This document shows, piece by piece, positions 22,500 through 45,229 of a DNA stretch of 64,000 nt. Numbering within the stretch: position 1 is the stretch's first letter; every line of letters begins with the position of its first letter. The position numbers and the translations under genes are program-made. This DNA comes from the human T2T-CHM13v2.0 reference genome, Homo sapiens, in the NCBI RefSeq assembly GCF_009914755.1, contig NC_060932.1; one strand, given 5' to 3'. The notes below the pieces were generated by a model. The model did no database searches and had not been told where the DNA came from. It saw nothing but the letters and a program-made list of their open reading frames with translations.

Positions 22500-23254
22500 G
22501 CCCAGACATTTGGTCAGGTATTCTGGGGGTGTATGGGAGGGTGTTTTGGGTGGAAATTAACTTTTTTTTTTTGAGACAAGGTCTGGCTCTGTCACCCAGA
22601 CTAGAGTGCAGTGGCATGATATTGGCTCACTGCAACCTTCGCCTGCTGGTTTCAAGTGATCCTCCTGCCTCAGCCTTCTGAATAGGTGGGATTACCGGTG
22701 CACATCACCATGCCTGGCTAATTTTTGTATTTTTTTGTAGAGACAGGGTTTCACCATGTTGACCAGGCTGGTGGAACTCCTGAGCTCAAGCAATCCTCCT
22801 GCCTTGGCCTCCCAAAGTGCTGGGATTACAGGAGTGAGCCACCACGCCCGGCCTGAGATGAACATTTGAATTGGTAGATGGAGTAAAGCAGACTCCCCCT
22901 TACCAATACGAATGGATGTTATCCGATCAGCTAAGGTCTGAATAGAACAAAAAGGCTGACCCTCCCACGAGCAAGAGAGAACTCCTCCTGCCTGTCTTCA
23001 AGCTGGGACATTGGCTTTTTTTCTTGTTTTCAGACTGGAACTGAAATGCTGGTTTGTCCTGCGTCTCTAGCCTGCCAGCGTTCAGACTCAAACCACACTT
23101 TTGGCTCTCTTGGGTCTCCAGCTTGCTGACTACAGATTTGGGGATTCAACAACCTTCATAATCATGTGGGCCAACTCCTTATAATAAATAAATAAATATA
23201 GATATGAACATAGATCCTATTGGTTTTGATTCTCTGGAGAATCCTGACTAATAT
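22500..23254 (+). mobile_element. MLT2 (ERVL) LTR split by an Alu (22562-22854, -)
   Basis: ctgaatagaacaaaaaggctgac and tcctattggttttgattctctggagaatcctgactaat. Confidence 0.8.
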
Positions 23255-24402
23255 AAGTGCCTTATGAGACAGGCAGGGCAGGTTTATCTCCAGAAAGAAG
23301 CAAATATGGCAGTTTGGAAGCCTCCATAAGAGGACAAAAATGAAAATGTAGGACTTCACTCATTCCTTTGCGTCATCATCTGTTTAAACCACATTTTCCT
23401 CTGTTTATGTAACTCTCAATAGTGACAGGGTTTCCCATGCTCTTTTTTCTGCTTCTTTCCACAACGGCATCTACCCACTCACCCGGGTAAGACCTTGAAA
23501 TGCCCTTTCTTTTCTCCCCCATCTAAGTTGTTGCCAAACTTCCAAAATAGCTCTTTAGTCTGTTCTTTTCCATATTTCCCCACAATTTGGGCCTTACTCT
23601 TTTCTTCCCTGGAGTACACTCATAGTGCGTGATTACACATTTGTGGGACTGTTCATTAAGTTGCTCTCCCACACCAGACTTGAGGTTCCAAAACCTCACT
23701 ATTGTGACTCCAGCTCTTGTCACACACACAGAGGTCTCAAAAAGTCTGTTGTTGAATTAACCAGACTGCCTATCTCTAGTCTCTTACTCCCTCTAATCAT
23801 ACTGCCCAAGAGTGACTTTTAATATGCAAATCTGAACTTTCCATTTCTCTGCCTGAGAGCTCCCTTCAGTCCAGCAGAGGTGGTGAGCTGGAGGCCCTTG
23901 ACTGCATCTAAAGGTGTTTTGTTTAGCCCCCTCAGTGGTTTTGTTTTTTGTTGTTGTTGTTGTCGTTGTTTTTGGAATAATTGCCAACTTAAAAAATCTG
24001 GGCCTGTCTTATAAATATTGGGAATTCCAGCTTTTCTTGACGATTTCGAAGATTTGCTAACCCTGGGTCTGTACCCTTCCATGGCAACAACTGGCAGAAG
24101 CTGGTTGACCGTTACTTCCTTTAGTTGGGAATAGACTCAGTTTGACAGATTTGCTTCAATCCCAGCAGGGCCTTCTTCATTCCCTTACTTATCCTTCAGT
24201 CCTGAACTCCAGGGTCATGGGAATCAAGTTTACATGTCTGATCATGGCTGCTAGGGCCTTCCATCATCTCATCCTGCTTACAGTGCCTCCTGGGCTCTAG
24301 AGCCATGTAGATTATTTACAGGAGACAGTGCTTCTTCTCACCTCTGTGCTTTGGTCCTGAAAAGTCTAGGATGCCCTTCTGATGAATGGCCACACCTCAT
24401 AA

Positions 24403-24793
<391 letters not shown>

Positions 24794-25719
24794 CATTCCT
24801 CTTCCTAATGTACTATTCACTTTGTTTTGGAATTACTTGTAACCATATGACCCCCCTCAGCAGATTAAAGTACCAATAAAATCACATTCTTTTTGAGTGT
24901 TAAATAAATTGGTAACAGCCTCCTTTCGCCAATTTGTGGAAACTCTAGTGGCTCACATTAGAGAACTAGAACTGGAAATTCTCACCAGTTTCCAGTAGGC
25001 CCCTGTTTTCCACTGTGGTTGATTCTGTTACTACTCTACAGTGCTGGTATTAAAAGTTGGTTTTGTAGTCCAGTATGTGCTTGTCTGCTGCTGCTGAGAT
25101 GACAGTCTTTCAAGTTAATATTCCTCACCGGCCAAGAGGTCCTCGGGGGGAAGGTGATCCCATGCCCTCAGTGTTGTCTTGTTAGAAATCTTTCCCTCTT
25201 TGGCTCTTTAAGTTACAATCTTATGATCATTCTTTTCCCCAAAGCCCACTTTCACACCAGGATGACTGGGACATGAGGGGCTTCCCAGGGACTTCTCCTT
25301 TGCTCCTAGTGAGTTCTTCTCTAGAGCCTTTTTCTCTTTTCTCACCAGGGGACCTCAGTTGGGACTGCCCCATTTATCAGAGGAGTTATATAAACCTCAA
25401 AAGGGAGAGGGTTCCAGGTCTCCATTCCTCCCCTCCCAGGAAGCTTCTTGTCCTCTATGCAAAATTATCCACATTCTCCCCAACAGACCAGCTCTGTACA
25501 CTGGGACCAGGTTTTCTCACACTGCAAATACTCTGTCCCCTCTTTCTCCCAGGTAATGGGTGCCTCCTTCTCTATATTTATACAATGTAGATAAGCCATC
25601 CTGGTGATTCTTCTCCAAAGACTTCTTCCGAGGTAACTAGTGTTTTCTATTTGGAAAGTAGGCTCTGGCAACTGTGAATAGGACAGCTTTTCCTAATAAT
25701 AATTTTCTAAGCTGCATCT

Positions 25720-26156
25720 TGTCTTAGGTGGGGTTCCCTGTAAAATGGACTCAGAGATGGAGATTTATATGCAGATGGGATGTTTTGGAGTGTGTTCTCA
25801 GGAACAACACCTATAAGTGAGTGAAAGAAGCAGAACTGGGTAAAGGAAGAGTTGAACTGTGGTGCAGTTGTAGCAGAGGCCTCAGCTGACTGGGTAACCT
25901 TTCAGTGTTTACTCCAGTTGAGACAAGGAGACTGGCCTTGGTACTCCCTCAATGGCCAGTCATTGGCCAGTCATTGGATGCAGACTGCCCCAATTCCAGG
26001 AAGGGGCATTAACCTTGGGGAAGACAGCTCCCTTCAGCCAAGGGCAATTCCTGGGGATGGACTCATCTGAGTCTTTAATGGGCAACTCTGCATAGGGAGG
26101 AAGAGTGTCTCCATCTTGAAGCGGTGATCTGGGCAGTGCACCACAGTGTCCACTAT
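25720..26156 (-). mobile_element. Old MLT1-type MaLR LTR
   Basis: tgtcttaggtggggttccc...ctcagagatggagattt start; family resemblance only. Confidence 0.6.
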
Positions 26157-26216
26157 AGACCTATCTAGACATAATCTGTTCATAGCTCTGTCTCCTCCAC
26201 TGTACTCTAAGCACCT

Positions 26217-27211
<995 letters not shown>

Positions 27212-28241
27212 CATCATGAGGGCAGAAGCTAGGAATGTCCAACAGAGTGCCTGGAATAGAGTATCCACTCAGTTGGTAGACAAGAGATGAATGAATAAAT
27301 GCATGTATGAAAGAGTAAATATAAGCCCAACAACACTGTCATTATTATCGTTTGCATTTATGCAGAGCTTTATATATGCAAATTACTCTGCTAAAATATG
27401 TTATAAATATGTAAGTGCTCTAAGCAATAATTCTTAATAAAACCTGCCATCAAAATGAATTAATATTTAGTAGGCACAAACTAGGAGCACGAACCCTGTA
27501 TTAGTCAACTCTCCAAGAATGCATCTCTCTTCATAATAGAACTATTTGGAGGTTTCAGAGCCGGCATCCTAACTCATCTCTTAAATTGCTTTTTATGCCC
27601 CCTACATTGTTAAATAAATCTCCTTTCCTTGTGCCCAAATCCTGTTTTCGTGATATAGTGTTTCGAAAGTCTACTGAGCATTTTATTCTGCTACCAAACT
27701 GTTTGATCTTACCTCTTTTTGCATCTCTTCTGATGTTTGTAATTTTCTTGCTGGTAGTCCGATTTCTCATGGACACTTATAGTTTTGACTATTCAGAACA
27801 GCAACTCCCTTCTGAGAAAGGCTCCATCAAAACCCCATGTGACCCTAGTATGTGGGGAAGGTGACATCATAGAACCTCACCCCCAGGACCACAGTGATTG
27901 GCCCATGGTTGAGCACATGACCCAAGCTGGACCAATCATGGTTCTTCCCTCCAAAAGGTTTTACTTGGGAAAAACAGGAAAATAAGTTGGGAAAGAAGAG
28001 GGCTTTTTTCCCCACTCTGTGAAGTTGCTTGCTTGGCTGGAAGTCCAGAGCTATCAGAGGCCATCCCTTACCCCGTGAAGGAGCTGTCTTGCAATAGAAG
28101 AAGCAGCCCACCCAAGGAGAGAAACAGGGTGAGAAGTGGGAGGGTCCTGAGAGCTTTCAAATTCCTGATTTCAGGAGCTGAAATCTCAGAGATTCTCTGT
28201 TTCCTGACCTCCCAAGGCTCAGCTGTCAAATTCACCCTTCA

Positions 28242-28442
<201 letters not shown>

Positions 28443-28782
28443 CTAATGTTTAAGTTGTGTTTCTGTTATTTCTTATCCAGAGAATCCTCCTGTACACCCC
28501 CCTCAACTCCACATACATTTGCTAGGATCACTGTAGAATTCATTGGATTTAAGCAGCAATCTGAATACTAAACATGTAAACTTTAAATCATTGAAGCAGG
28601 CAACTCTCCATGAGGTGATAAAAGATAGGGTTGAAGATTTTCAGCTCAAGAGCCTTGGGTTCAAATTCTACCTTCATCACCGACTAGCTAAGCGACCTGC
28701 CTTAGCTTCTCATTTGTACAATTTGCAAAATGCTAAGAGGATCATTGTGCACATTTAATGCGATTATATCTTATATCTTTTC

Positions 28783-29073
<291 letters not shown>

Positions 29074-29909
29074 GGAATTATATCTTTGAAGTCACAGGAC
29101 AGCACCTGGCACATAGCAAGAACTAATAAATGTAGCTATAATGACCACTACTTTCCTCTCTTGTCATTGGTGTCTCCCATGGCACAATCACCCCATGGGA
29201 TTCAATGCACATTAATTTACTTAAGAGCCTCAAATTTCTTCATTTTTACTTTTGGATTGTTAAATAAATATTAATTTCTGAATTGAATGGGCTTTCCCTT
29301 GGACCACATTCTACTTCTTCGTTTTGCAAATGATTCCATCCTGATTGTTGCTCCTTCCCTATTTCTTATTAGTTATTTTTCATAATACTTTCTATTCCTA
29401 TCCCCCAACACCATTTTCTTCCTTCCTTAGGAAATTCTTCTTCTTGTGCCCATACTCTGGAACTTTCCTACGACAAGGAGCAATTTGCTGTATGTTTATT
29501 TTCTTTGGAATCATCTCTCCTTCATGGAAGCAGGGTTATTTATCAACCTGTGATGGAGCTCTTCCTGGTTTGGTTAGGGCATGCTGCATACTGCTCCTGT
29601 AATAATGCTTTCTTTGGCCAGGACACAAACCACAGTCAAAAAAGGTCTTCCTGAGTTCTGAAGGTCAAGCAATTAGAATTTTCTCAGGCTTGTAGAAGAG
29701 TGGAATTCTGGAAACCAGTCTTCGCCTCAGGGGAGCATCTGTTGGAAGTTCTTAGGTAAGTACTGGACTTAAAATTGGTGAAGTGTAGGTGAAGTTCTCG
29801 CTCTGCTACTTCCTGCCAGGTAGCTGCCAGGCTAGTCACCTTACCTCTCTGAGCCTCAATATCCTCATCTATCACATGGGTGTACAGTAGCATTATTCTG
29901 ATGTTGTGT

Positions 29910-31012
<1,103 letters not shown>

Positions 31013-31312
31013 GTGTGAAAACTAAACTGAAACAATATGATAGTTTGTGAATTGTAAAGTACTACAAAAATGGGAGTTGCTACTAATGCAAACTTTAATA
31101 GGAAACCAGTGACAGACATAAAGCAGGGAATAGTTCTTCTTAGTTTGGATCACATAGTGTCATGTGCAGACACACAAGACTAATTCAGGATACTTTGGTG
31201 GAGAGCCACATTGAGGATTTTCATAAGTAAAGCAGACAAATGGAACTAGTTATTCATGGCCACAGTCCCTCTTAGTAGTTCCAGAGAATAGGCTCATCAA
31301 AGAATAATTTTA

Positions 31313-31608
<296 letters not shown>

Positions 31609-32699
31609 TTAATTTTAATTTGTGAATCTCAGTAGGAAAAGGTTTCAGAAGTAGAGTTAAATGACCTACGTAGCCTCTTAAATGGGCCTTCCCTTCTTCT
31701 GCCTTCACTGCCATCTTTCCTGGATCCCCTGTCCTCAAGAAGTCGGGTCTGCATGGGTCATCAGGAACTCTCTTGCCCCATCTGGCTCTTATGATACAGA
31801 ATTTTCTAGTGCTCACTGCCAGCCCTACAACTTTTTCTCAAAGTTCAGTTGCTGCTAGGCTCAGATTTTCCCTACCTGAAAAACAGGGGTAGTGAAATCC
31901 ATAACACACGTCTAAACAGAACATTTTGGAAACACAGAAAGATGACTAATACTGCCTGGGAGGGGGGAAGACTTCACAAGGAAGCTAATTTTAGAGTTAA
32001 GTCCTAAAAGTGAAGGAGGTGTTGCCAGCAGGTAAAGGGTTGGAAGGAACCCTGCTCCCTGTCCCCCAGTAGAGGTAACAGCCTGTGCTTTGGACAAAGG
32101 CCTCAAAGAGCTTGCTGTGCTCATGAAGCAGCAGGTAATGGTCCTGCTGGAGTGAGGGCTACGTGGGGGTTGGGGGAGGGGCCTGGTAGTGCTGAAGCAG
32201 AAGGGGTTCGGGGGAAAGGGTCCCCTGGAGTCTGGCCATGTGAGCCTGCGACCCCAACCACCTCCTACCCACCATTTCTCCCACAGCTGCAAAGAGGCAT
32301 CACTTTTTTGTCCCAAATGGAAGGTAATTTTGTTAGATGCATTTTTCAGCCAACCTCTGATAAGAGTTAAAAATAACTTCCAAGGTGAGCCCCCTGATCA
32401 GTCTCCTCTTTTATCTCCTCCTTTTCTTTAAACCTCGGCATCTATTATGAGCCCTCCCCCATCTTCCTCCCTGGGGACAGAGGGCCTCTCATGCAAATAA
32501 GACTCTGGTGGCCAGCTGTGACAGCCCAGAGTCACCAAGGTCAGTATTCCGATCAGGGTTTCAATTCTCCAATACTGTGTGTCGGTGGTAATCTGGAACC
32601 AGTTACTTCATTTCTCCTGCCTCAGTTTCCACATTGATTAAAGGGCTGTTGGGGATAAATTAGATGATGTATGGGCTTCTCTGTTCCTAAATCCTGGTT

Positions 32700-33084
<385 letters not shown>

Positions 33085-33206
33085 TGAAATATCCCCTTTT
33101 TGGGTTGCCTTTCCTGTCTAATGTAGTTTCCTCCATCGTTCTCTATCACAACACTCCTTTCCTCATAGACGAATTGCAGCTTATCATTATCTATTTGAGG
33201 ACTTGC

Positions 33207-33660
33207 TGTCTTATATCAGGCTTTCTAAGAATGGATCCTGAGATGAGGATACATGGGCAAGTGATTTATTAAGGAGGGGCAGCCAGTAAGGGAGTGGGGG
33301 AGCAGGACAGGGGTAGGCAAGGAGGAAAGTGCGGGTGGGATTTGAGGCAGAGTCTCAGCTTAAACCTGATCCCACAGGGGAGCTCTGCAGTATAAATTCT
33401 GCCTTGGAGTTTATCCCAACTTGAAGCAAATAAACTGTGTTTTTATTCCTGTAGCAGTCAGTCAGTGGCTAAGGGCCACTGGGGTAGGGTTTAGAGTGGG
33501 ATAGACTCCCATGCACTTCCATCTTCCTCCAGCTGCCCAAGAACATGTCTCTGGAAAGTTGCAGGTGCAGCCATCGCAGAAAACACACACAGGAGCTGGG
33601 GGAGAGGCACAGAGAAACAGTGTAGGATCCAGCCAACAGGACCAGGACAGCACTGGCTAC
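33207..33660 (-). mobile_element. Old MLT1-type LTR inside L2
   Basis: cctgagatgaggatacatgggcaagtgatttattaagg; L2 3' end resumes at ~33680. Confidence 0.6.
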
Positions 33661-34327
33661 ACTGGCTTATCGATTACATCCCACAATAGAAAGTAAGCTC
33701 CCCAGGGCAGATACCTTATCTTCCTGTTTACTGATATATCCCTAATGCCATTTGCATAGTACCTGCCCCATAGCTGGCAATCAATTACTTTCTTAAATGA
33801 ATGAAGGAAGCTCTTAGTGCAGTGTGTGGCATATAGGAAGTGTTCAGTTAATGTTGTTGGAAACATGAGTCTGTATACTTTTTCACCCTTCTCATGCTTC
33901 TATCCATAACATAGGGATGCTCAGGCATATGGCCTCAGAAACATGGGCTATTGAGACAGAGAAAAAGACAACTCTGGAAGGAGAGAGCCTGGCCTTACAG
34001 AAGACATCTGAACTATCAATCAACAGAAATCTCACGTATAGTTGAAGGCAAGTCATAAGAGTGGGGTGGGAGATGGATAAGTCAATCCTACAGTTAAAAG
34101 AGGGGATGTCTAACCACTAGACAATTGTCCAACTCAGGAAGTAACAGCTTCAGGGTCCTAGACAACATAGGATTTGACCTCATGTGCGAGAAGGCAGGAT
34201 CTTAGGGCCTCAGAGGAAAGGACTGGGATTCAGGACAAATATTTGGTCCTGGCAGGGCTGAGGAGTACTGAACAAAGATAACATGGCAAAAGCCTAGGCC
34301 GATGGAGTGGCTAGCCTACAGTGAGCA

Positions 34328-36128
<1,801 letters not shown>

Positions 36129-36343
36129 GACTCCTCAAAGGGTGATAAACAGTGACACTTTTTGGTCACCCAAGCTATTGAGAGTTATATCTCTTAGAAT
36201 TCTTGGTTGCAAGGTGGGCAATCATCTTATCTCAAGAACTCCCTCAGTCCTGGGCATACCAGGACAGTTGATCACCCTTTTGCAAGGAAGAGAAACTGTC
36301 ACAGTTTGGATTGCTTGGGAACCAGGCTCTAAAATGGAGAACA

Positions 36344-36700
<357 letters not shown>

Positions 36701-36832
36701 CTAAGAAAGAAAAAAAAGAGATGGAAGCAGGAGTGGGCAGAAGGAGGAGAGGGGCTGCAATGAAGTCTCAGTGTAGGCCTCAGCCAGTCCCATGGATGCT
36801 CAAGGCTACCATGGCCAGAGTTGTCGTGAGCG

Positions 36833-37320
<488 letters not shown>

Positions 37321-37626
37321 TCTTGAGTGGGAAAGGGGGCCTTATGACCTATGTTGACCAGCCTCTGGATTCAGATTGCTCCAGTGAGGGGGTGTAACCT
37401 TAGGTAAAGAGACCCTCTTCACTGAGGCCATGCTGAAGAGGGCTGACAGCTGAGGGCTGTCTGCCAGCAGCCCACTCAACAGCTGAGAGAATAAGTCCTT
37501 CAGACTGGAAGGGAACCGTGGAGAGCCCATCACAGTGTCTGCTGCCGAAACTGACTCTCGGCTGGAATGTACTGGGAGGATATTGTATTGCACAGAATCA
37601 ATGGGAGGGATAGAGAATCTGCCTCA

Positions 37627-37937
<311 letters not shown>

Positions 37938-38825
37938 GACATAAGAGCTAAGCAGCAGGAATAAAGTCAAACCACAGTCACAATCTGGCTGAGTTGCTGT
38001 TGCAGGTACTAGAACCTCTGCTCACCACCCAGTAGACCCTCAGCCTGCTGCTGCCCTATTGAAAAATACCCCTCCCTCCACTATTGCATCAAGAGGCCAA
38101 GTCCTGCTGTGAGTATCTGATTGATTGATTTAGCATGACCATCCTCCAGCTTCCATGGTGGCAGGAAGTGTCCTGCCTCTCATCTAGTCTTCCAAAATGA
38201 GAATTCCCCTCAAAGATTAAAAGGGCCTTGTGCTAGGGACAACGTTAGAAACTTGTGATGTCTTTAAAAGCACCTCACTGCACGCTGAATCATGGTCTGA
38301 TTAATCTTCTTCAACTGGCCTCAAGGAGTGGGATCATGAGACTTGGGAGAGAAAATCATGTGTGATTACAGATCTGATTCTCTTAAATATAGTATAAAAA
38401 TACCAGTGGGTAACTCCAGGAGCAGGAATGAGTCTAATTATGTAGGTATTTTACCCGAACACAAATGTTACTTTCCAATGCAGAGAAAAGTGACTTTGTC
38501 TTGTGGAATTTGATTTCTGTGGTTATAGTGACTAGCATTGCTGTATTTTACATCTGAATCTCTACAGAGAAGGAAGAGTAGGCAGACCACTCCTCCAAAT
38601 GATAGATGATACCCATCCCACATATAAGAAATGTTCTTAGGTTTGTAGGCTAATCTTGTATATCAATAAGAAATATAGATGTTTACTACAATTGTTTAAA
38701 CAAATTTGAAAACATATCATAGCAAAGGTATATTGGAACTGTTTCACGATAGGTCTCAGTGGGTAGATGTGACATAGTGGAATCACCAGTCATCATAGAT
38801 CTTCAGTTCTGTAGGTTCAGAAACT

Positions 38826-39118
<293 letters not shown>

Positions 39119-39432
39119 CAGAAATCTTATTTTTTATCACTTTTCCATCTGTTCATCCTTCCATCCATCCATCCTTACATTATCTATGCATCCATCCCAC
39201 CATCTAGTCAACAAATATTTATTAAGCATCTAATATGTGCTGTGTACTGAGTGTAGGTACTGGGGATACAACGGTGAATAGGAGAGTCATGGCTGTACTT
39301 GTATAGCCAATATTCACTGGAGAAACAGACAAAACACAAGTAAACAGACAAATTAATTGTAAGTTTCTATCAGCAAAGAAGGAAATAAATAAGAGACTGA
39401 AGTAGGAAATAAAGGGTGAGAGAGAAGATACT

Positions 39433-39820
39433 TGTATTAGTCAGTTCTCACACTGCTATAAAGAAATATCTGAAACTGGGTAATTTATAAAGAAAGGAGG
39501 TTTAATTGGCTCATGGTTCCACTGGCTGTACAGGAAAAAATGGCTTGGGAGGCCTCAGGAAACTTACAACCATGGTGGAAGGCAAAGGGGAGGCAGACAT
39601 GTCTTACATGGCTGGAGCAGGAGGAAGAGAGTGAGGAGGAGGTGCTACACACTTTTAAATAACCAGTTCTCACAATAATTCACTCACTATCACAAGAACT
39701 GCACCAAAGGGAAAATCCCACCCCTCATGACCCAATCACCTCCCAACAGGCCCACCTCCAACTTTGGGGATTACAATTTGACATGAGATTTGGGCAGAGA
39801 CACAGATCCAAACCATATCA
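39433..39820 (-). mobile_element. MST (MaLR) solo LTR inserted in L2
   Basis: tgtattagtc...aaaccatatca with perfect 5-bp TSD atact 39428-39432 / 39821-39825. Confidence 0.9.
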
Positions 39821-41505
39821 ATACTTATTTTAGATAGGATGGTAGAAACTAGTTCTCACTAAATAAAACCAGTTTGTAAACCAATGTGTCTCTCTCCAAG
39901 GATAGAGGGGCTTAATTTAAAAAACAAAACGAAACCAAAATCCAGCTTTCAGAAAGGCAAGCCTTCATCATTTTCTGCATCTTGATAGCCTTATAAACAT
40001 TTGTGTTACACCTGTCCCATAAAGGCATTTGAATTTTAAATCCTGGACTAGAGTCTTCCAACCAGGCTGCTCCCTTCCTGACTTAGTAAACAGAAGGTTG
40101 CTAGATTGGCTGGGAATTAGAACATAAATTGGACATTCCTATAGGATAATATTCTTTAAATTTTGAGTCTCAGTCTACTCATGGATATGAAACCACCCCC
40201 AACTTGTTATTTACTATTATTTAAAAAAAATAGAATAGACATATCAGAGTATATGGCACATGGATTGGGTGCCACTACTGCTTTGTGAAAATTTTGCTTG
40301 TTTTATTTATATGAGAACATATACTGGGCTGGAATTCAAATCTATTTCTTACTGTGGGACATATAAATTTCTAGAACTCTAATATTTTTTAGAAAAAGAA
40401 GATGGAAATATGCAAGAAATATACGAGTGTTATTAAAAGTGCAGCATGTCTGTGCATCAGAAATATACATGATTCTGAAAGCCAGAGTGTCATAGAGAGC
40501 AAGACATAGAAGTTAAATATACCCATGTTCAAATCCTAGCTCCTTATGAGCTTAGTGGCAAAGTTGGACAAGTTACTAGTAATGATTATAGCTAACATTT
40601 ATGAACATTTACTCTGTTTCAAGCACTGGGTTGAATGATTTGCAGTATTAAGATATTTAATTCTCAAAATCACCTTTCTGAGTTAGGTATTATCAGCTCC
40701 ATTTTTTACACGAAGACACTTTGGCCCAGACAGGACAAGAACCTTACCTAAAACCACACTGTTGGGTGTTGAGCTGGGATTGGAACCAGGTAGACTGGCT
40801 TTTGCACACACACACTTAACTACTATGCCACACCACTTCTTATACAAAACCTCTCTATGTCGGATTCCTTGTCCATGAAGGAAGACCAGCATTTGCCTCA
40901 TAGGTTGCTGGTTCTTTCTGCCCCTCTCTTTCCTGCTAGTTGATGACACCCAACTGATCAACAGAATTTGTCCTGAGTTAATGCCCACCTCCACCACACT
41001 TCCTGGGCATCACATCTCCATGCCTTTGCTCATGCTTTTCCTTCTACCTGGAATGTTCTCCACATTCCCTCCTTTCCAGCTGCCACCTGCTTTCTCTAGC
41101 TAACACCTACTCAAACGTAAAGGTTCAGTTCAGATGTTACTACCTCCATAAAACCCTTGGATTCTCTCATCCCTTTTCCCCTTCCCTGTCTGGCCTGGCA
41201 CAGGGCCCCATCTGCATGCTACCCTAGCACCAAGGCATATACCTACCACAACATTAGCTACAAGACAGTGAACCCAACTGTTCACCCATCAGTCTCCCCT
41301 GAAAGGTACTAATGAAATTCACATCGGCTAGGCCATGTCCTTGTGTCAGTAGCCTAAGCCTTAGCACAAGCAGAACCTGGTACAGAGTAGGAACTCAGTA
41401 AGGGCTGGTAAAGTGAATTTAATCAGAGTCACGCATAACCCTGTTTCTTGTGTCTGTAGAATCACCCTAAAATGCTTTAAGCTTCTCTACAGAAAATAAC
41501 TTCCT

Positions 41506-41810
<305 letters not shown>

Positions 41811-42044
41811 AAGAAAATAACTTCCCTATAAACATAACAAGAAAAAGTCTGTCCCTAATACATGGAATCAAATTTATTCATTCAATGACTTTTTATTGAA
41901 TAACTACTATGTCCCAAACACTGTTGTAGGCAGTAAAACAAACAAACAAAAAAATCCACGTCCTCAGGGAGCTTACATTTTTATAATTGCATGGAGAAGA
42001 CAGACAAAATAAATAAGCAAACTGCAAACTACACAGTGTATTAG

Positions 42045-42429
<385 letters not shown>

Positions 42430-42451
42430 TATTGTTTTTTTTTTTTTTTTT

Positions 42452-42545
42452 GCCAGTCAAATTTAACATTGTGGGGGTGTTGTATACCAACTTTAGTGAC
42501 ACTAATGTTAATAAGCTGTGATAACCCACCACCATTGGACCAGCC
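42452..42545 (-). pseudogene. RNY4P: Y4 RNA (RNY4) retropseudogene with poly(A) tail at 42435-42451
   Basis: Minus strand reads ggctggtccaatggtggtgggttatcacagcttattaacattagtgtcactaaagttggtatacaacacccccacaatgttaaatttgactggc, matching hY4 as I recall it with a few changes; terminal U run replaced by poly(A). Confidence 0.93.
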
Positions 42546-42548
42546 TGG

Positions 42549-42844
42549 TTTTTTTTTTTTTTGAGACAGGGTCTTGCTATGTTGCCCAGGCTGGAGTGCA
42601 GTGGCGCAGTCATAGCTCACTGTAGCCTTGACCTCCTAGGCACAAGCAATCCTCTTGTCTCAGCCTCCTGAGTAACTGGGACTACAGGCACATGCCACAG
42701 TGCCAGGCTGATTTTTAATTTTTTTGTAGAGTTAGGGTCTTGCTACATTGCCCAGGCTGGTCTTAAAGTCCTGGGTTCAAGCAACCCTCTTGCCTCAGCT
42801 TCCCAAGGAACCGGGATCACAGGTATGAGCCACTGCATCTAGCC
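42549..42844 (-). mobile_element. AluJ-like element
   Basis: Diverged dimer directly 5' of the Y4 copy. Confidence 0.93.
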
Positions 42845-43142
42845 TGTATTAGTATTTTTGATGGTGTTAAGTGATATAGACAAAAATCAATGAGGGAAAG
42901 GGAATAGACTATGCCAGCAATAGGTGGGTCACCATTTAAATAGTACGGTCAGAGAAAGTCTTTCTGAAAAGATGATAGTTGAACAAACACCCCCCCAGAA
43001 GTGAAACAGCCACAGTGGGAGCTGGGAGGAAGACCTTCTGAGCAGAAGAACAGCAAGTACAGAAGCCCCAAGTTGAGAGTGTGCCCAGCATCCTTACAGA
43101 ACAGCAAGTGGGCCATTGGGCTGGATAGAAGAGGCTAAAGGT

Positions 43143-43285
43143 AAAATTAGCTGGGCATGGTGGTGAGCACCTGTAGTCCTAGCTACTCAGGAAACTGAGG
43201 CAGGAGGATCACTCGAGCCCAAGATTATGAGGCTGCAGTGAGCTATGATTAACCCACTGAACTTCAGCCTAAGCAACAGAACAAG
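43143..43285 (+). mobile_element. Alu right-monomer fragment in L2
   Basis: aaaattagctgggc...tctcaaaa only. Confidence 0.85.
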
Positions 43286-43975
43286 ACACTGTCTCAAAAA
43301 AAAAAGGTGAGAGTTATAGGTGGCCAGGTTAGAGAGGTAATGGAAATGGAGGCTGAGAGGGGGAGTAAATTGAGGAGGGCCTTGTAGGCCATTAAGGATT
43401 TTGGCTTTCAAAATTGAACAGATTAAGAGTTTAGGATAAGGATTAACAATACTTGAGTTTCAAGACAAAACGTTTGGGCATCTAAGTCCTAAAAGGTTAT
43501 TGCAGTTATTTTTACAAAATCAAATGAGACTCCATTATTTAAAAGACAAGCATAGAAACCTGTCTAGTTTCAATATTAAATATATTAAAGGAGACCTAAG
43601 CACATTTTTTTTTCTAGAAACATACCCTATATGTATTTCTCTGCTACTCTTAATAAATTATCAAGCCTGGCTGTATCAGCATATCAAACAGTGGCAAGTG
43701 TTCATCTAGCCAGGATGCTTGGCATGACATGAAGTGAATTAAATACACACAGTCCCCGGCCCTCTCCCTTCCCCTTCCCAATTTAAATTCCAACAGAAAA
43801 TTCTGATAGGAATCTTGTAGTGACTAAACTGGAAGCACAGCAGTAGTACCTGAACACCACAGGGTGCTCCTGCCTAAGCTTCCAGTTTCTTCTCAATGCC
43901 AATGAACTCTGCTAATCATGCACTTCTAGGGTTTCTATCAGTTGGCCACCTTTCTATCCCCTCAAACCTGAATCA

Positions 43976-44465
<490 letters not shown>

Positions 44466-45229
44466 CAGGCTTGTATTTGGCCTCCAGGCAAGAAAACCTA
44501 CTCATCCCTTATCCCACCATTCTCTGGTTTTCGAGTTGCTGTAGAAGTCATCTCTGCTCTTCATCAAGCATCACGTACTTTCACTCTTGCCTTCCGTTCT
44601 TCTCTACATGTACTCTGTTCTTGAAGAATCCATCAATTCCTTCTGCTTTTTATAGATAACTCCAAAATCTATACCCTTATCTTGTGTGAGCCAATCCTTC
44701 CTTTCCGATGTTCTGATAAACATTTCTGAGTAGATATGGGCTATTAAACTTCGCATTTACTAGTGCTCTTTCTGTTCCTATATTCTATGTATCATGTTCT
44801 TCCATTCAACAAAGTTTCAGAAAAGAAATACCGTTTCTTCCTCCCTTCCCTCATATTTCATCAGTCACTAAATTCTAACATGAAGTTACCACTTTTTATT
44901 TTCATGGCCCCCACACTGCCTCAGACCCTCATCCCCTTATGCTTGGAGTAACTCAGCGGCCCCCAGTCTCTCCTTCAACCCAGTTGGAGAAACCAGGCTA
45001 AAACGTCCCTTTGTTTTGTCACCGTCTTTTAAGGAGTACTAAATTAAGACATACCTCATTTTGGATAACCCCACACATTGATCGGATCCTCAAGAGACAA
45101 AAGACAATCCAAGTTACCCAAGCCGTTTACTCCCTATTAAATGCTAGGGTTAGAACACCTCGCCTGGCCTCTGATCCTTTTCTTTCTTTCCCTGGAGCAA
45201 AAAGTTGATGAAATTTAATTACAAACTTT

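Noticed and set aside
27555-27864. Overlapping ORFs in non-repeat sequence
   Set aside because: No recognisable domain or splice structure; lengths are within chance expectation.
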